35,307 nucleotides of DNA, taken from Xylographa opegraphella (lineage: Eukaryota). Positions 1-10,670 of the stretch are shown here, one piece after another. How positions within the stretch are numbered: position 1 is the first letter of the stretch; each line of letters starts with the position of its first letter. The DNA is taken from assembly GCA_022813865.1 (NCBI GenBank), contig JALDZX010000034.1, forward strand, positions 186,001 through 221,307, in the 5' to 3' direction. Under the pieces are notes generated by a model. That model made no database searches, was not told where the DNA came from, and saw nothing but the letters and a program-made list of their open reading frames with translations. A program made the translations under genes and the position numbers.

Positions 1-119
1 GCTTAATCGTCAGAGTCTTTGTGAATTCCGAGGAGAAAGTTTTCGTTTAGACAATCGGACCTCTTTCTCCCAGTATCGTCATGGGTAGGAACGGATGTGA
101 ACGGTAGTCAAACCAAATT

Positions 120-890
120 TTATAATATGGCACATGGTCTGTGCTCTTTACCTGGCTTCTTGGGACGACCTGGCTTAGGACCTCGTGGTTCCGCATTCAG
201 CCCACCAACAGCACCGATGTTCGTACCTCTTCGCTCGATCCGTGCTACGTCGTGCCGCTGCTTCCTCAGATTTCTTACCACGTCGTAAAAGGCTTTCTCC
301 ACATTTATACAGTTCTTGGCCGAAGCTTCCACAAACTCACATCCAAGCTCCTTGGCAAGATAATTACCCTCTTGGGTGGACACTTCTCGTTCCGTGACCC
401 GATCGCTTTTGTTCCCTACGAGCATGACAGGAGCCGGCCAGATAGACCCGCTAGGCAACGACGGTGACGTTGGTGACATGTAGCCACCAGCAGTTGGCGA
501 ACCAGCGTTGGACGAATCCTTGACTCGTTGTATCTGGTTGTAGAATCGTTGTATGCGTGCAAACGATGACCTGGAGGTGATACTGTAGACCAGGACGAAC
601 CCCTCCCCGTCTCGTATCCACTGGTCTCTCAAAGCTGTGTACTCTTCTTGCCCCGCAGTATCCAGAACTTCCAGCATGCATGATTGTGAATCGATGACCA
701 CTTGCTTTCGGTACGAATCCTCGATTGTCGGATCATAGGTCTCCACGAAATGGTTGAGACATAGCTGCAAAGTTGTTAGCATATTCGAGGCTAAGATAAA
801 CAAATATCGTACTTGTATTGTGAGGGCCGTCTTCCCGACACCGCCGTCTCCGAGTACCACCAATCTGTACAAAGTCATCTTGCCTGCCAT
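120..890 (-). CDS. ras2: Ras-family small GTPase, fungal Ras2/RasB type (240 aa; exons 890-813 and 764-120)
   Basis: G1 GDGGVGKT, effector loop [10 protein letters not shown]3 DTAGQEEY, G4 NKSD, G5 EASAK and C-terminal CAAX 'CAIL'. The '[10 protein letters not shown]' segment is typical of fungal Ras2. A 48-nt intron at 812-765 (GTACGA...GCTAAC...TTGCAG) explains the 16-aa insert in the ORF track. Confidence 0.95.
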   Translation of the reverse strand: MAGKMTLYRLVVLGDGGVGKTALTIQVRYLFILASNMLTTLQLCLNHFVETYDPTIEDSYRKQVVIDSQSCMLEVLDTAGQEEYTALRDQWIRDGEGFVLVYSITSRSSFARIQRFYNQIQRVKDSSNAGSPTAGGYMSPTSPSLPSGSIWPAPVMLVGNKSDRVTEREVSTQEGNYLAKELGCEFVEASAKNCINVEKAFYDVVRNLRKQRHDVARIERRGTNIGAVGGLNAEPRGPKPGRPKKPGKEHRPCAIL

Positions 891-3800
891 GATGAGTGCA
901 ACCGATCGGTTATGGTTTTGGGTTTGCTTCTGAAGTAAGAATGGCTCGTGCGGATTCTTGTTTTAATGTTGATCGTGAACGAGCACGGCGGGCAATATAA
1001 GATTCTTGACAATATTGATCTCGTAGTGGCAGTAAATTCACCGATAGCGATGTTGGCATGTGAATGGATTATGAAGTATTGTGATCATCCAGTGCTCACA
1101 CAAGAGAGGTGTTGTTCAACTAGGACAAGATAGCGCTACGAATGGTAGGTTAAGCGATCAAGCTGCCGCGTTACTGTTAGCTAGAGGCTCCATGAATGAC
1201 TTGGAGCACAACAATCACCTCGTTTTCTGGACGTCACTCAACAGATGGCTCCACGCATGCGGTTCCTCGTGTATCTCGATCACGAGAGGTGAGATGTTGT
1301 CGGGATGGGTGAACCTGGGCCAGGAGCTTGATTTTGTACAAAGCAATGTGAAGGCCTTTGCTCACACTCGAATGGTCCAGTGACGGTGTCGTGGTCGTTC
1401 AGAGCAGTGCCTCGTAGGAGTGTGGAAAATGTGCCATCGATCGTCAAGGGGCACGTCGCCGTTAGAGCTCCCCTACGAACAGACTGCTTAGGGCGAGGAA
1501 GAACACGTCGCCGAGTCGTGGAACAGCTGGTGCAGGCTATATGCCTGTGTGGAGATTCGCAATTGGTTGCAGATATGGATGGTGGTATCGTGGGGGAGGG
1601 GCTGGTAATGCCTTCGAGTTGGAGGTGTGCACGTAAGGCACAGCGGGAAACAAGCAGAAGAGAATTCCTGTAGGGAGGGATGTCAGCGATTGTGGTATTG
1701 CGTGGTGGTCGTGTCGGAAGCCTGGGTGGAGAGATGCGCGGGGGTGAGTACCCACTACCCTTTCTCACTACGAAGGACCTTGACCACCACTCTCCCCACT
1801 ATTCACTTTCACTGCTACCCACATAATCGTTTTCCTCCGCTGCTAGTTGGGCGCGAACCCACCGGACGGGCATGATCAAGGTCAGGTAAGTGCTCTGGAT
1901 GGATCCGCAAGCGTTACTGCTAAGGAGTGCTAGCCAAAGGCTCAGTCCGGAGCCTAAAGCTCGGGTTCCCCAGCACAGGGGAGAAGCAGTTCGCTGCTCG
2001 GCCTTCCCCCCCTGCTCGAGCAATCCACGGGTCTAGATCTAGGTTGAGGATTTGTGGGAGCCGGTCTCGACGGCGGGCGGACAAGCAGCAGCGCCTAAGG
2101 CAGGAGAGAGCAGTCCGAATGGTCCTGCAAGCGAGCGGTGGGGTGGGGAGAGGTTCAGCATTGAAGCTCTTCCAGCTCCTGGTGTCCGCTTGAATGGCTT
2201 GAAATGCTTGGGGAGGCCAAGAGGATTCCATTCCCTACAACGATCGCATGAATGACAGCTGAAGTCGTGGGTCGGCGGTGGGTGGTTCGAAGCACTGGGC
2301 GGGTGAGTGACCATGGAGGTATTTCTGGACAAAAGACCTCCTTACTCTCTGTATCGGGCCAATCAATTATACTATTTCAGCTGGATGGACCAGTGGCCGT
2401 GCTTCTACGGACCTGCAGAAAGTCGGATCCGGATTGACTGTGTTGATGGTAGTTGCTACTCTGGACTTTATTACATTGTTTACTCCGTAGACCATGGCTT
2501 GCAGATTGTGCACTGCACTTGGTCTCAACACGTTCGTACATAGCGGCAGGATAGCGCCTTCGGGATTTATGGCGGTTTCGGCATGTGGTTTTCCGCAGAC
2601 ATTCACACGGTCGGCATTGACAGCACTCTGGCTTTGGGTTGAAAGACTAAAGTCTCTCTCGCGCAATTTAGCCATCGGAGCGTGGGAAACGGATGCAAAA
2701 ACGGTGCCGTTTGTACCAAGCCCACCGCCAAAGAGCGCTTCCCGATTCCCCAAGGCGCCATGGCTCATCCCACCCCAGCGAGAAGGAAGGTGGTTCGACA
2801 TGGGACCTACACAGTAAAGGGTGCTGGTCGTTGCGCAGGATGCCCGTTGCCCGCCGTCCATTCTGCGACAACAACCAAAGATTGGCGCGCCGATAATCGC
2901 CCTCCGCGATCTTGTTACATAATTATCTGGTCGCCCTAGCAAGATCAGCTACTGTGCTGTTATCAGGTGGAAACAGGAGGCAGGGAGATTAAGTAGACTG
3001 GGGAGATACCCTTCGAGCCTTTCTGCGCAACAAGCAGCGGCCGAGGGCGCTCCCGACATCCTTCCGCGCGGGACGGCCGACAACCTGCACATGTGCCGCC
3101 GTGTGGCCTCGGTAGCCAGCCTGATCCGGGGTGGGCAAGGCAAGCGCTCTGCAAATGCTTTGAATGTTGCATGGCTGCCCGCGGCGGAAGTGCAGGAAGG
3201 AAAATGCAGTAGATCCTTCGGCAATACATGACATGCACCTAGCCAATGCCCCAGCACGCACCTGCATGTGTCGTACGGCATGACTTACCAATCATGTGAC
3301 GGTGAGTTGGTCTGCTTCCGCAGAGCTGGAGGCGTACCGGAATCCTAGAAAGTGTATGGAGCCAAATCGGGGGTTATATCAAGCCAACGCTCCTCCTGAT
3401 GTTCCGTAGCGCTCCGCCGACTGTCTTGTTGTGCGTCGACAGCAGCAGCACAAGGACCAGACCTGATCCTGAGAAGATCTGAATGCTGTGCGTGTAGGAA
3501 TGACCATTGCGAGATCCTTCATTCTAGCCTGGAGCCCTTCATCAGGGACAATCGCCAGACAGAGAGGGTCAGTCCTGTTTGAAAGGGTGTTGTACCGGGG
3601 ACTTTCTCCCTGCACCATCGGTTTTCTTCGTTTGTGCACCGCTTGTGAGGCAACATCGTTTCGCAAGGAGGAATATGAAATCTGTGCGGATAGATACCAC
3701 ATCTCTCTGCTCATGTTCAGCTACGTCCTCTAAAGCACATAATCAAAAGATACCTCCCTATTACTTCGTATTGCACTTCCCCTCTGCTTGGATCTCCATG

Positions 3801-4052
3801 ACCGGAGATATTCGAACGCCGCGACGGGAGCTAAGCGAGATGCGGGGAAGCTTTCATCCTGTGCCCCGAGCGAGGAGAGTCCAGAGATTGATTCAATAGC
3901 TCTGGCTACCTACATTTGTTGGTCGGTGTGCAGGCTTTTCGAATCGATACCAACGTCCAATCTCAATATCAATCTCCAGCACAAGTGCCCGCCAAACAAG
4001 CCGTCGCAGGGCCCTGCTTGATCGAAATGGATACTGAGCCACTCCGCCAGTA

Positions 4053-6563
4053 ATGCCGGGCCACATCCAAGATCATGTGCAATCGAGGTCCCTCGAGGAT
4101 GCCGAATCCTTCTGGGCACACCAAGCTGAACAGCTTTACTGGCACAAGAAGCCATCCAAGACATTAATCAAGACCACCAAATCGCTGTCTGGGAATATCA
4201 CACATCCACACTGGACATGGTTTCCTGGCGGCGAAATATCTACGTCCTACAATTGCATCGATCGACACGTCAACAATGGTCGTGGCGACGCTACTGCGAT
4301 CATCTGGGACTCGCCCGTGACTGGCAAGAAAGAGAAATATACGTATCGCCAAGTACTGAGCGAAGTTGAAACACTGGCAGGCGTTCTCAGGGAGGAAGGT
4401 GTGAAAAAGGGGGATGTGGTTCTGATATATAGTGGGTAGCTTTTCCTGTATTGCTCTAGCATCTGCCTTACAAGTATTGTATCTGGGAGGGGGTTTGGAG
4501 ATAGCTGCCACACAGGCTGAGTGAGAATAGCCAGAGGCTCTCACCCTCTATCAATGATCCCGGGGCCCATAGCTATTATCCACGGCAACAGGCTGTTTGG
4601 TTGCGACATTGCTAACCAGTCTAGTGCCCATGATACCTGCTGCACTATTTGCAATCCTCGCCACGACTCGTCTTGGCGCTATCCATGCAGTTGTGTTTGG
4701 TGGGTTCGCTCCAGCGTCTTTAGCGCAACGGATCGAGGCTTCACGACCAGTAATCATCATGACGGCATCGTGCGGGATCGAGGCTGGCAAAGGAGCTTTG
4801 AACTACAAACCGTTCATAGAAGGAGCGATACAGAAGAGTATCTTCAAGCCCCAGAAAACAATAATATGGCAGAGAAATGAACTGTTGTGGGATCCGATTG
4901 CAACTACCCGGGGTGAAGGGCATTGGCAAGAACTAGTACAAGAAGCGAAGAAGCGTCGTCTCCAAGCTGACGCGCTAGCCATTCGGAGCAATGAGGGCAT
5001 ATATATCATTTATACAAGTGGTGAGTAGCAAGGAGTATTCATGGCAGCATTGCAGAGAGGGCGGTAACCAAAGCGCCTCTGTCTTTTGATTCCCGTCGAC
5101 CTCTCCTTGTCGCTAATTATTCGAACACACAGGGACTACTGGCCTGCCCAAAGGCGTACTACGCGAAGCTGGTGGACATGCAGTAGGCTTGAGCCTTTCT
5201 ATTAAATACCTTTTCGGTATCCAAGGGCCTGGCGATGTTATGTTCTGTGCGTCAGACATGTTAGATAAGCCCCAATCTCTCAATGCCCACATTGGGAACT
5301 GAAGTTGAAACAGTGGATGGGTTGTCGGTCATTCATATATTCTTTACGCACCGCTATTAGCAGGCGCAACGACAATCCTTTTCGAGGGCAAACCTGTGGG
5401 CACTCCTGACGCAGGGACTTTTTGGAGGATAATCGAGGAGCACAAGGTCAACGTATTAAGCACCGCCCCTACAGCCTTGAGAGCTATCAGGCGGGACGAT
5501 CCAGAAAACAAATTCTTCGAAGCGGCTGGTAGGAGAGGTGGGCTAAAACAGCTTCGAGCTTTGTTCCTTGCCGGAGAACGGAGCGAACCCAGTATTGTGC
5601 AGATGTACCAAAAATTGCTGGAGGAGTTCGCTGCGCCAGGTGCACTGGTCATCGATAATTGGTGGTCCTCGGAGTCTGGCTCTCCGATCTCTGGAATCGC
5701 TCTGGCGGCTGCTGCAGGTAAAGATCACTCGAGCGTTGAGGAGCACAAGCCTTTGGCAATCAAGCCAGGATCGGCAGGAAAGCCAATGCCAGGCTTTGAT
5801 GTGCGAGTAGTGGATGATCAAGGCAACGAGGTTGCGCCTGGAGGGATGGGGAACATAGTTCTGGGAATTCCGCTCGCTCCTACCGGTCTCACCACTCTCT
5901 TCAATGACGAGGAGAGGTTCTACAAGGGGTACTTGAAACGGTTTGAGGGCAAGTGGATCGATACGGGAGACGCCGGGATGATTGATGCGGATGGCTATGT
6001 GCACGTTATGTCGCGATCCGACGACATAATCAACGTCGCCGCACACCGATTCAGCACAGGTGAGAATGAGAGTATCCTAGTGGCCAGAGCTTCGGTTGAC
6101 GTCGAGTACCTTGACAGGATCCATCGAACAAGCCATCTCCTCCCAACCCACGATCGCCGAATGCTGCGTTGTCGGTATCCCGGACGCTCTCAAAGGTCAC
6201 CTCCCGTTCGCGTTCGTCACGCTTTCAACAGCCGAGCACCCGACGTCAGCCGTGCCTTCGGAGGCGCTTTTCAAAGAGGTCCAGAAATCGATCCGGGAGC
6301 AAATCGGGGCCATCGCATGCCTGGGCGGCATGATCCAGGGCAAGGGCATGATCCCGAAGACGCGGAGTGGAAAGACGTTGCGACGAGTGCTCCGGGAGCT
6401 GGTGGAGAACGCGGTGCACGGCGAGTTCGAGAAAGAGGTTCAGGTGCCGGCGACGGTGGAAGATGCAGCCGTGGTGGAAGTGGCGCGGGAGAAGATTCGG
6501 GAGTACTTTGAGAGGAAGGGAACGGCTCTGCACCAAGCGACGGAAGCAAGGGCGAAGCTGTGA
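4053..6563 (+). CDS. Propionyl-CoA / short-chain acyl-CoA synthetase (PrpE/PcsA-like, ~697 aa) with C-terminal PTS1
   Basis: Exons 4053-4431, 4625-5020, 5133-5259, 5314-6059, 6118-6563 (2094 nt, in frame). Splicing restores LIYMPMIP, the AMP-binding signature YTSGTTGLPKG, ASDIGWVVGHSY, DNWWSSESG, DTGD, SRSDDIINVAAHR and PKTRSGK. The protein ends ...ARAKL. Confidence 0.92.
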
Positions 6564-6933
6564 GGGAAGGCGAAGGGGGACAAGCGGATGTCGTCGCCAT
6601 ACCCTTTGGCTGGGGTCTGTTGGTGTATCATTTGGTTTTGGAACCGACTCCCTTGACTAGCACCGCTCGAAAACCGATACCCCTTTCTTTCTAGACTACC
6701 ATTCAGCCTCGGCATCTTTCCAACTCATGATCGGTTCCACTTCTCACCCTTTTGCCTTGCCTTTCGTCCTCCTCGCACCTGTCGCGTGTGAAGCTTGCCC
6801 GTCTTGCCCCAGGCTTGATTTGCAACGGTAGAGTTTCTGAGTGACGACTCCCTGTTCCCGCTGTGCTACGAAGTCATCGGAGATGGTAAACCGGCGCACT
6901 GCCTGGGACGGATGGCGGGGATGCTCGGGTGGA

Positions 6934-7039
6934 ATGGGATACCACGCCATACGGGTTTGCAACTAGATGGGATACCACGCCATATGGGTTTGCAACTAGA
7001 TGGGATACCACGCCATACGGGTCTGTAACTGGATGGGAT
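6934..7039. repeat. 33-bp tandem repeat, ~3.2 copies (ATGGGATACCACGCCATACGGGTTTGCAACTAG)
   Basis: Units start at 6934, 6967, 7000 and 7033 (partial), with only a few substitutions between copies. Confidence 0.9.
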
Positions 7040-7955
7040 GGTGGCCATGGTTTGACCCGTTAACTCTTCCAAAGATCAGTCGCCATGTTTGTGGCGACGA
7101 CGTGCCCCCGGCAGGCAGGCATCTCGAAGTCTTCGGGGGCCCAAAGATGCCTCTCAACTTCGAAAGACTCGAGTCACGCAAGCTGTGGAGTTTAGTTTGG
7201 GGGGATCGATGGGATCAAATACTGGGACTTTATCATTCACACACACATATATCTACATATACGACCACAAAGACTCATGAAATCTGCAGTAAATGCACAA
7301 ACCTGCTTTCAATGTGCACATTTAATAAATTTTGAACAGTCACTGCGACACGGATAGGAACACGCATCTGCTCGGAGCCGGCAATTCAACAATCCATCGG
7401 TACTGCGATGAACTCCCGAACCCGTAACGACACTGGCGCCTTCTTACTGAGAGGGACCTGAGGGGGCTTTTGGAGTAGGTGAGTCTTGAATATTTGGGTA
7501 GAGATGGGGAAGAATTGGCTAAGCTACCTTTCCTCACGGATCATGGGAGGCATAACTGCAGCCAGTTCCGGCCACGAGCCCGCACGTGAGTCCACATCCG
7601 GCAATGCGGGGAAGAGCCAGGGGAGCATCGTGGGCGTCTCACCACCACCACCACCACATTATGTAGCTCTCCAGATCTCTGGCCCCGCATTAAATCCCCT
7701 AGCATGACTCGATGAACCTAGTTGGGGTTGAGGCCAATGACAGATCCGTGCTGCCGCGGAATGGACTACCTAAGAGGAGGGTGTGAGCATGCGGCGGGGA
7801 AGAAGAGGGAGCCGTGCATGAAAGCGCCATTGGAGTATATCCTCATAAGACGTGGGACATGACCCAACGATCTTTGCGTCCGGAGCGACCTCAGTGACCA
7901 CCTGCGTCCCCGATTTCTCGCAAACATTGGTAGCAGGGTTTCAGAATCAGAAAAC

Positions 7956-9097
7956 ATGGCACCCACCGGAGCGAATGGGGATCACGCCGACAGTATTGAC
8001 CGGGACTACAAGGAGCACCTGAAGCGCTACGAAACAAACGGCACCATCAGCCTCCCGATGGAGGTCTTTGAGAAGATCTACCTGAACCCTCAGTTGCCGA
8101 TCAAGGGAGAGCTTCGAGGCACGTTTGGGAATCCCACGCCCCTGTAAGCAGCTGCGATGTTGCCAACGGTTGCCGGCGCTGACAGTGTCACAGAGCCTTG
8201 ATGGGCTTCTTGTTGGCCAGCACGCCTTTAGGGTGTGCGTTGATGGGCTGGCGGGGCGCGGGAGGTGGTGGCGCGGCGACAATGTCGGTCTTTCTCTTTG
8301 CATGGTGAAGGGCGAGCGCACTCCTGACAACGCTAGCGGAGTCTTCTACTTCTTCGGCGGCCTCCTTCAAATCATCGGCAGCGTCATGGAATGGATCATC
8401 GGCAACACGTTCCCGTTTGTCGTCTTCGGGAGTTACGGTGAGGACATAGGAAGCGATGCCTCGGCCGCGTCGATGCCATCAAGCTGACCGCTGTGCTTCC
8501 GTAGGTGCATTCTGGCTCGCCCTTGGCGCGACTCTCCAGCCATCGTTCAACGCTGAAGGCGCTTATGTGCCCGCTGGAGCGTCGGCAGCAGTGGCCGCGG
8601 CTGGGACAGCAGAGTTCCTGTCGAGCTTCGGTGAGTCCCGACGGCAGCCACGGAGGGGCAAGGGCGGCTCACGAGGACAGCGTTCTACCTCTTGTTCGTG
8701 GGCATCCTGACGATGATCTACATGGTCATCGCTCTGCGGACGAACGTGGTGTTCGTCGTCATCTTCTTCTTCCTCGACCTGGCTCTTTTCCTCCTGGCGG
8801 CGGCATACTGGACGCTGGCCGAGGGTCACATGGCTCTCGGTGGCCAGCTGGAAGTCGTGAGTGAAAGAAGCGGGGGGTGAAAATACGTGAGGGATGAGCA
8901 GTATATACTGACGTGGGGGCTAGGCTGCCGGTGCATGCGTCTTCGTGTTCTGCATGGCAGGCTGGTATCTGCTCGTGGTGCAGCTCATGCAGGCCGTCGA
9001 CTTCCCGTTCTCCCTCCCCGTCGGAGATCTGAGCACCAAATTCCAGGGCGGAGCGGCGCGACGAAAGGCAAGAGGCGACATCGAGAAGAACGCGTGA
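7956..9097 (+). CDS. GPR1/FUN34/YaaH (Ady2/AcpA-like) short-chain carboxylate/acetate transporter, ~284 aa
   Basis: Exons 7956-8143, 8194-8283, 8337-8437, 8505-8630, 8681-8856, 8924-9097 (855 nt). Family motifs FEKIYLNP, FGNPTPLALMGF, YFFGGLLQ, GNTFPFVVFGSYGAFW, ALRTN and LPVGDLS. All introns are GT-AG with CTRAC-like branch points. Confidence 0.9.
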
Positions 9098-9209
9098 GGA
9101 AGGAAACAAGAATGATGTATGGGTCGGGTCGGATGTGAGGCATGGCACACGTGTCACGACGACCGAATGAAGGCTAGTCGATACCTAGGTCCCCTCGTAC
9201 CTTGCTGTA

Positions 9210-9280
9210 CCTTATCCTTATCCTTATCCTATCCTTATCCTTATCCTATCCTTATCCTTATCCTTATCCTTATCCTATCC
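9210..9280. repeat. (CCTTAT)n hexanucleotide microsatellite with interspersed CCTAT variants
   Basis: About 12 tandem units directly visible downstream of the transporter stop codon. Confidence 0.9.
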
Positions 9281-10670
9281 TTTTTGGGGTCCCAACACGG
9301 AAAGCGGTCCAGGTGCCGAGTTGATTAATAATAGGGTATTTGGGGTGAATGTTATCTTATCTCTCCTAGTCTAGTCCTGGCTATTTACGTACTCTCGGCT
9401 TGGCAATCATCATGTGCAGAGTTTGCCCTTTTTCCCTTTTTCCCTCCACCGAACTCCACTCCTTCCGGTGCTCTGGCGTGTGATAGGCTAGACTGGCTTC
9501 TAGCTCCACAGTACCTTACTCGATACAGATAACTCGTCGCTTATATAGGTTACTTTGAGTATCTTACCTAGGTAAGGTAGGTACGGTAGGCACGTAGGCA
9601 AAATAATATCTTCCTTTCTTCTTCACACTTCATATTCTTTCCAACCCCCCCGTCCCCGCCGATGATGGGCTCAACACTCACCCAACCAAAGCACCCGTTG
9701 ATCCATCCTCACGGACCGGCTAATATAACGCCTAATGGACATGTCTTGTCGGTGTGAAAGCTTCCGGCTTTAGCTGCTCGACCAAGTGCGACCCGAGAGA
9801 GGCGGTGTGACGGCCCAAGTCCCACGATCTCTGGAGCAGCCATGTTTGAGAGGGTCGGCCGCCAAGAAAACGGCGGCCGCATGATTGCTGTCTCGGCGTG
9901 TGAGGAGAGAGACAGATGATTACTCCCTAACCTAGATACTGTGTGTATTCTCCCTATTGCCATTTATGATTATTGCCTCTGCTGCCCTGCTCGATGCCCC
10001 CCGTGTCACATGTGACCTCTCTCGTCATGTCGTCCTGAAAGCGCCCGCCCGCACCTGCCCGCACCCGACCGACTTGGCAACTTTGCTCGCCGTGATTTCG
10101 ATGGATTGGATTCCTATTCTCGTCGTCCAAAACATCCATCGCTCGTGCAGCTCGATTTGCATCATCGGCGTCTGCGTTGGCGCCTTCCCTGGCGTCCGTC
10201 GGTCGACACGTCAGGCGTGGCCATGCCATCCGATGCAGGACCTTCCCTAGTGCGCTCCCCACCACTGTACTCGTGCATGATACCTTTCCTCTCCACCGCC
10301 CCCTCATTCGTCATTTCCCCTTCAAGCTCCACATCCCGATCCATGTCAGACGATGCATCCGTCCGTGAAGCTTAATCATCCTGCCGGCTTTCCGTTGGCG
10401 TCGTGAATGGAGGTATTTGATGCCTTTCTCTGCTGCTCCGTCCCAAGTCATTCTCGTGTCCAACCACAGCTCGCTTTGCATCCAACGGCAGAGTGGGTGG
10501 GAATGAACAGCCTGTTTCCTGTCGTCGACGCACGAGGTCGAGCTCGTCGAAGGTTTCAGCTTTTCCCTTGACCCCCTTCAAGGAACCCTCCCACATTCGA
10601 ACCTCGTCGTTGCTTCTCAGACTCGAACAGATTCAAGGTTCTCGGAGAGGGAGCCTCCCCCCAACGATCT

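Noticed and set aside
1280..3900. Numerous 60-190 aa ORFs between ras2 and the synthetase
   Set aside because: They overlap on both strands, mostly have non-ATG starts, show no recognisable domain and fit no coherent exon chain.
6934..7039. CRISPR-like array (repeat length 33 bp)
   Set aside because: The units are head-to-tail with no unique spacers, the context is eukaryotic and there are no cas genes.
9210..9280. Interstitial telomere repeat
   Set aside because: The unit CCTTAT/ATAAGG does not match the usual filamentous-fungal TTAGGG/CCCTAA. It is best read as an ordinary 3'-flank microsatellite, and the YPYP/ILIL ORF over it (9119-9328) is an artefact.
9563..9576. Perfect 14-bp palindrome CTTACCTAGGTAAG
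   Set aside because: It is embedded in TACC/GGTA low-complexity repeats common in fungal intergenic DNA, with no further evidence of function.
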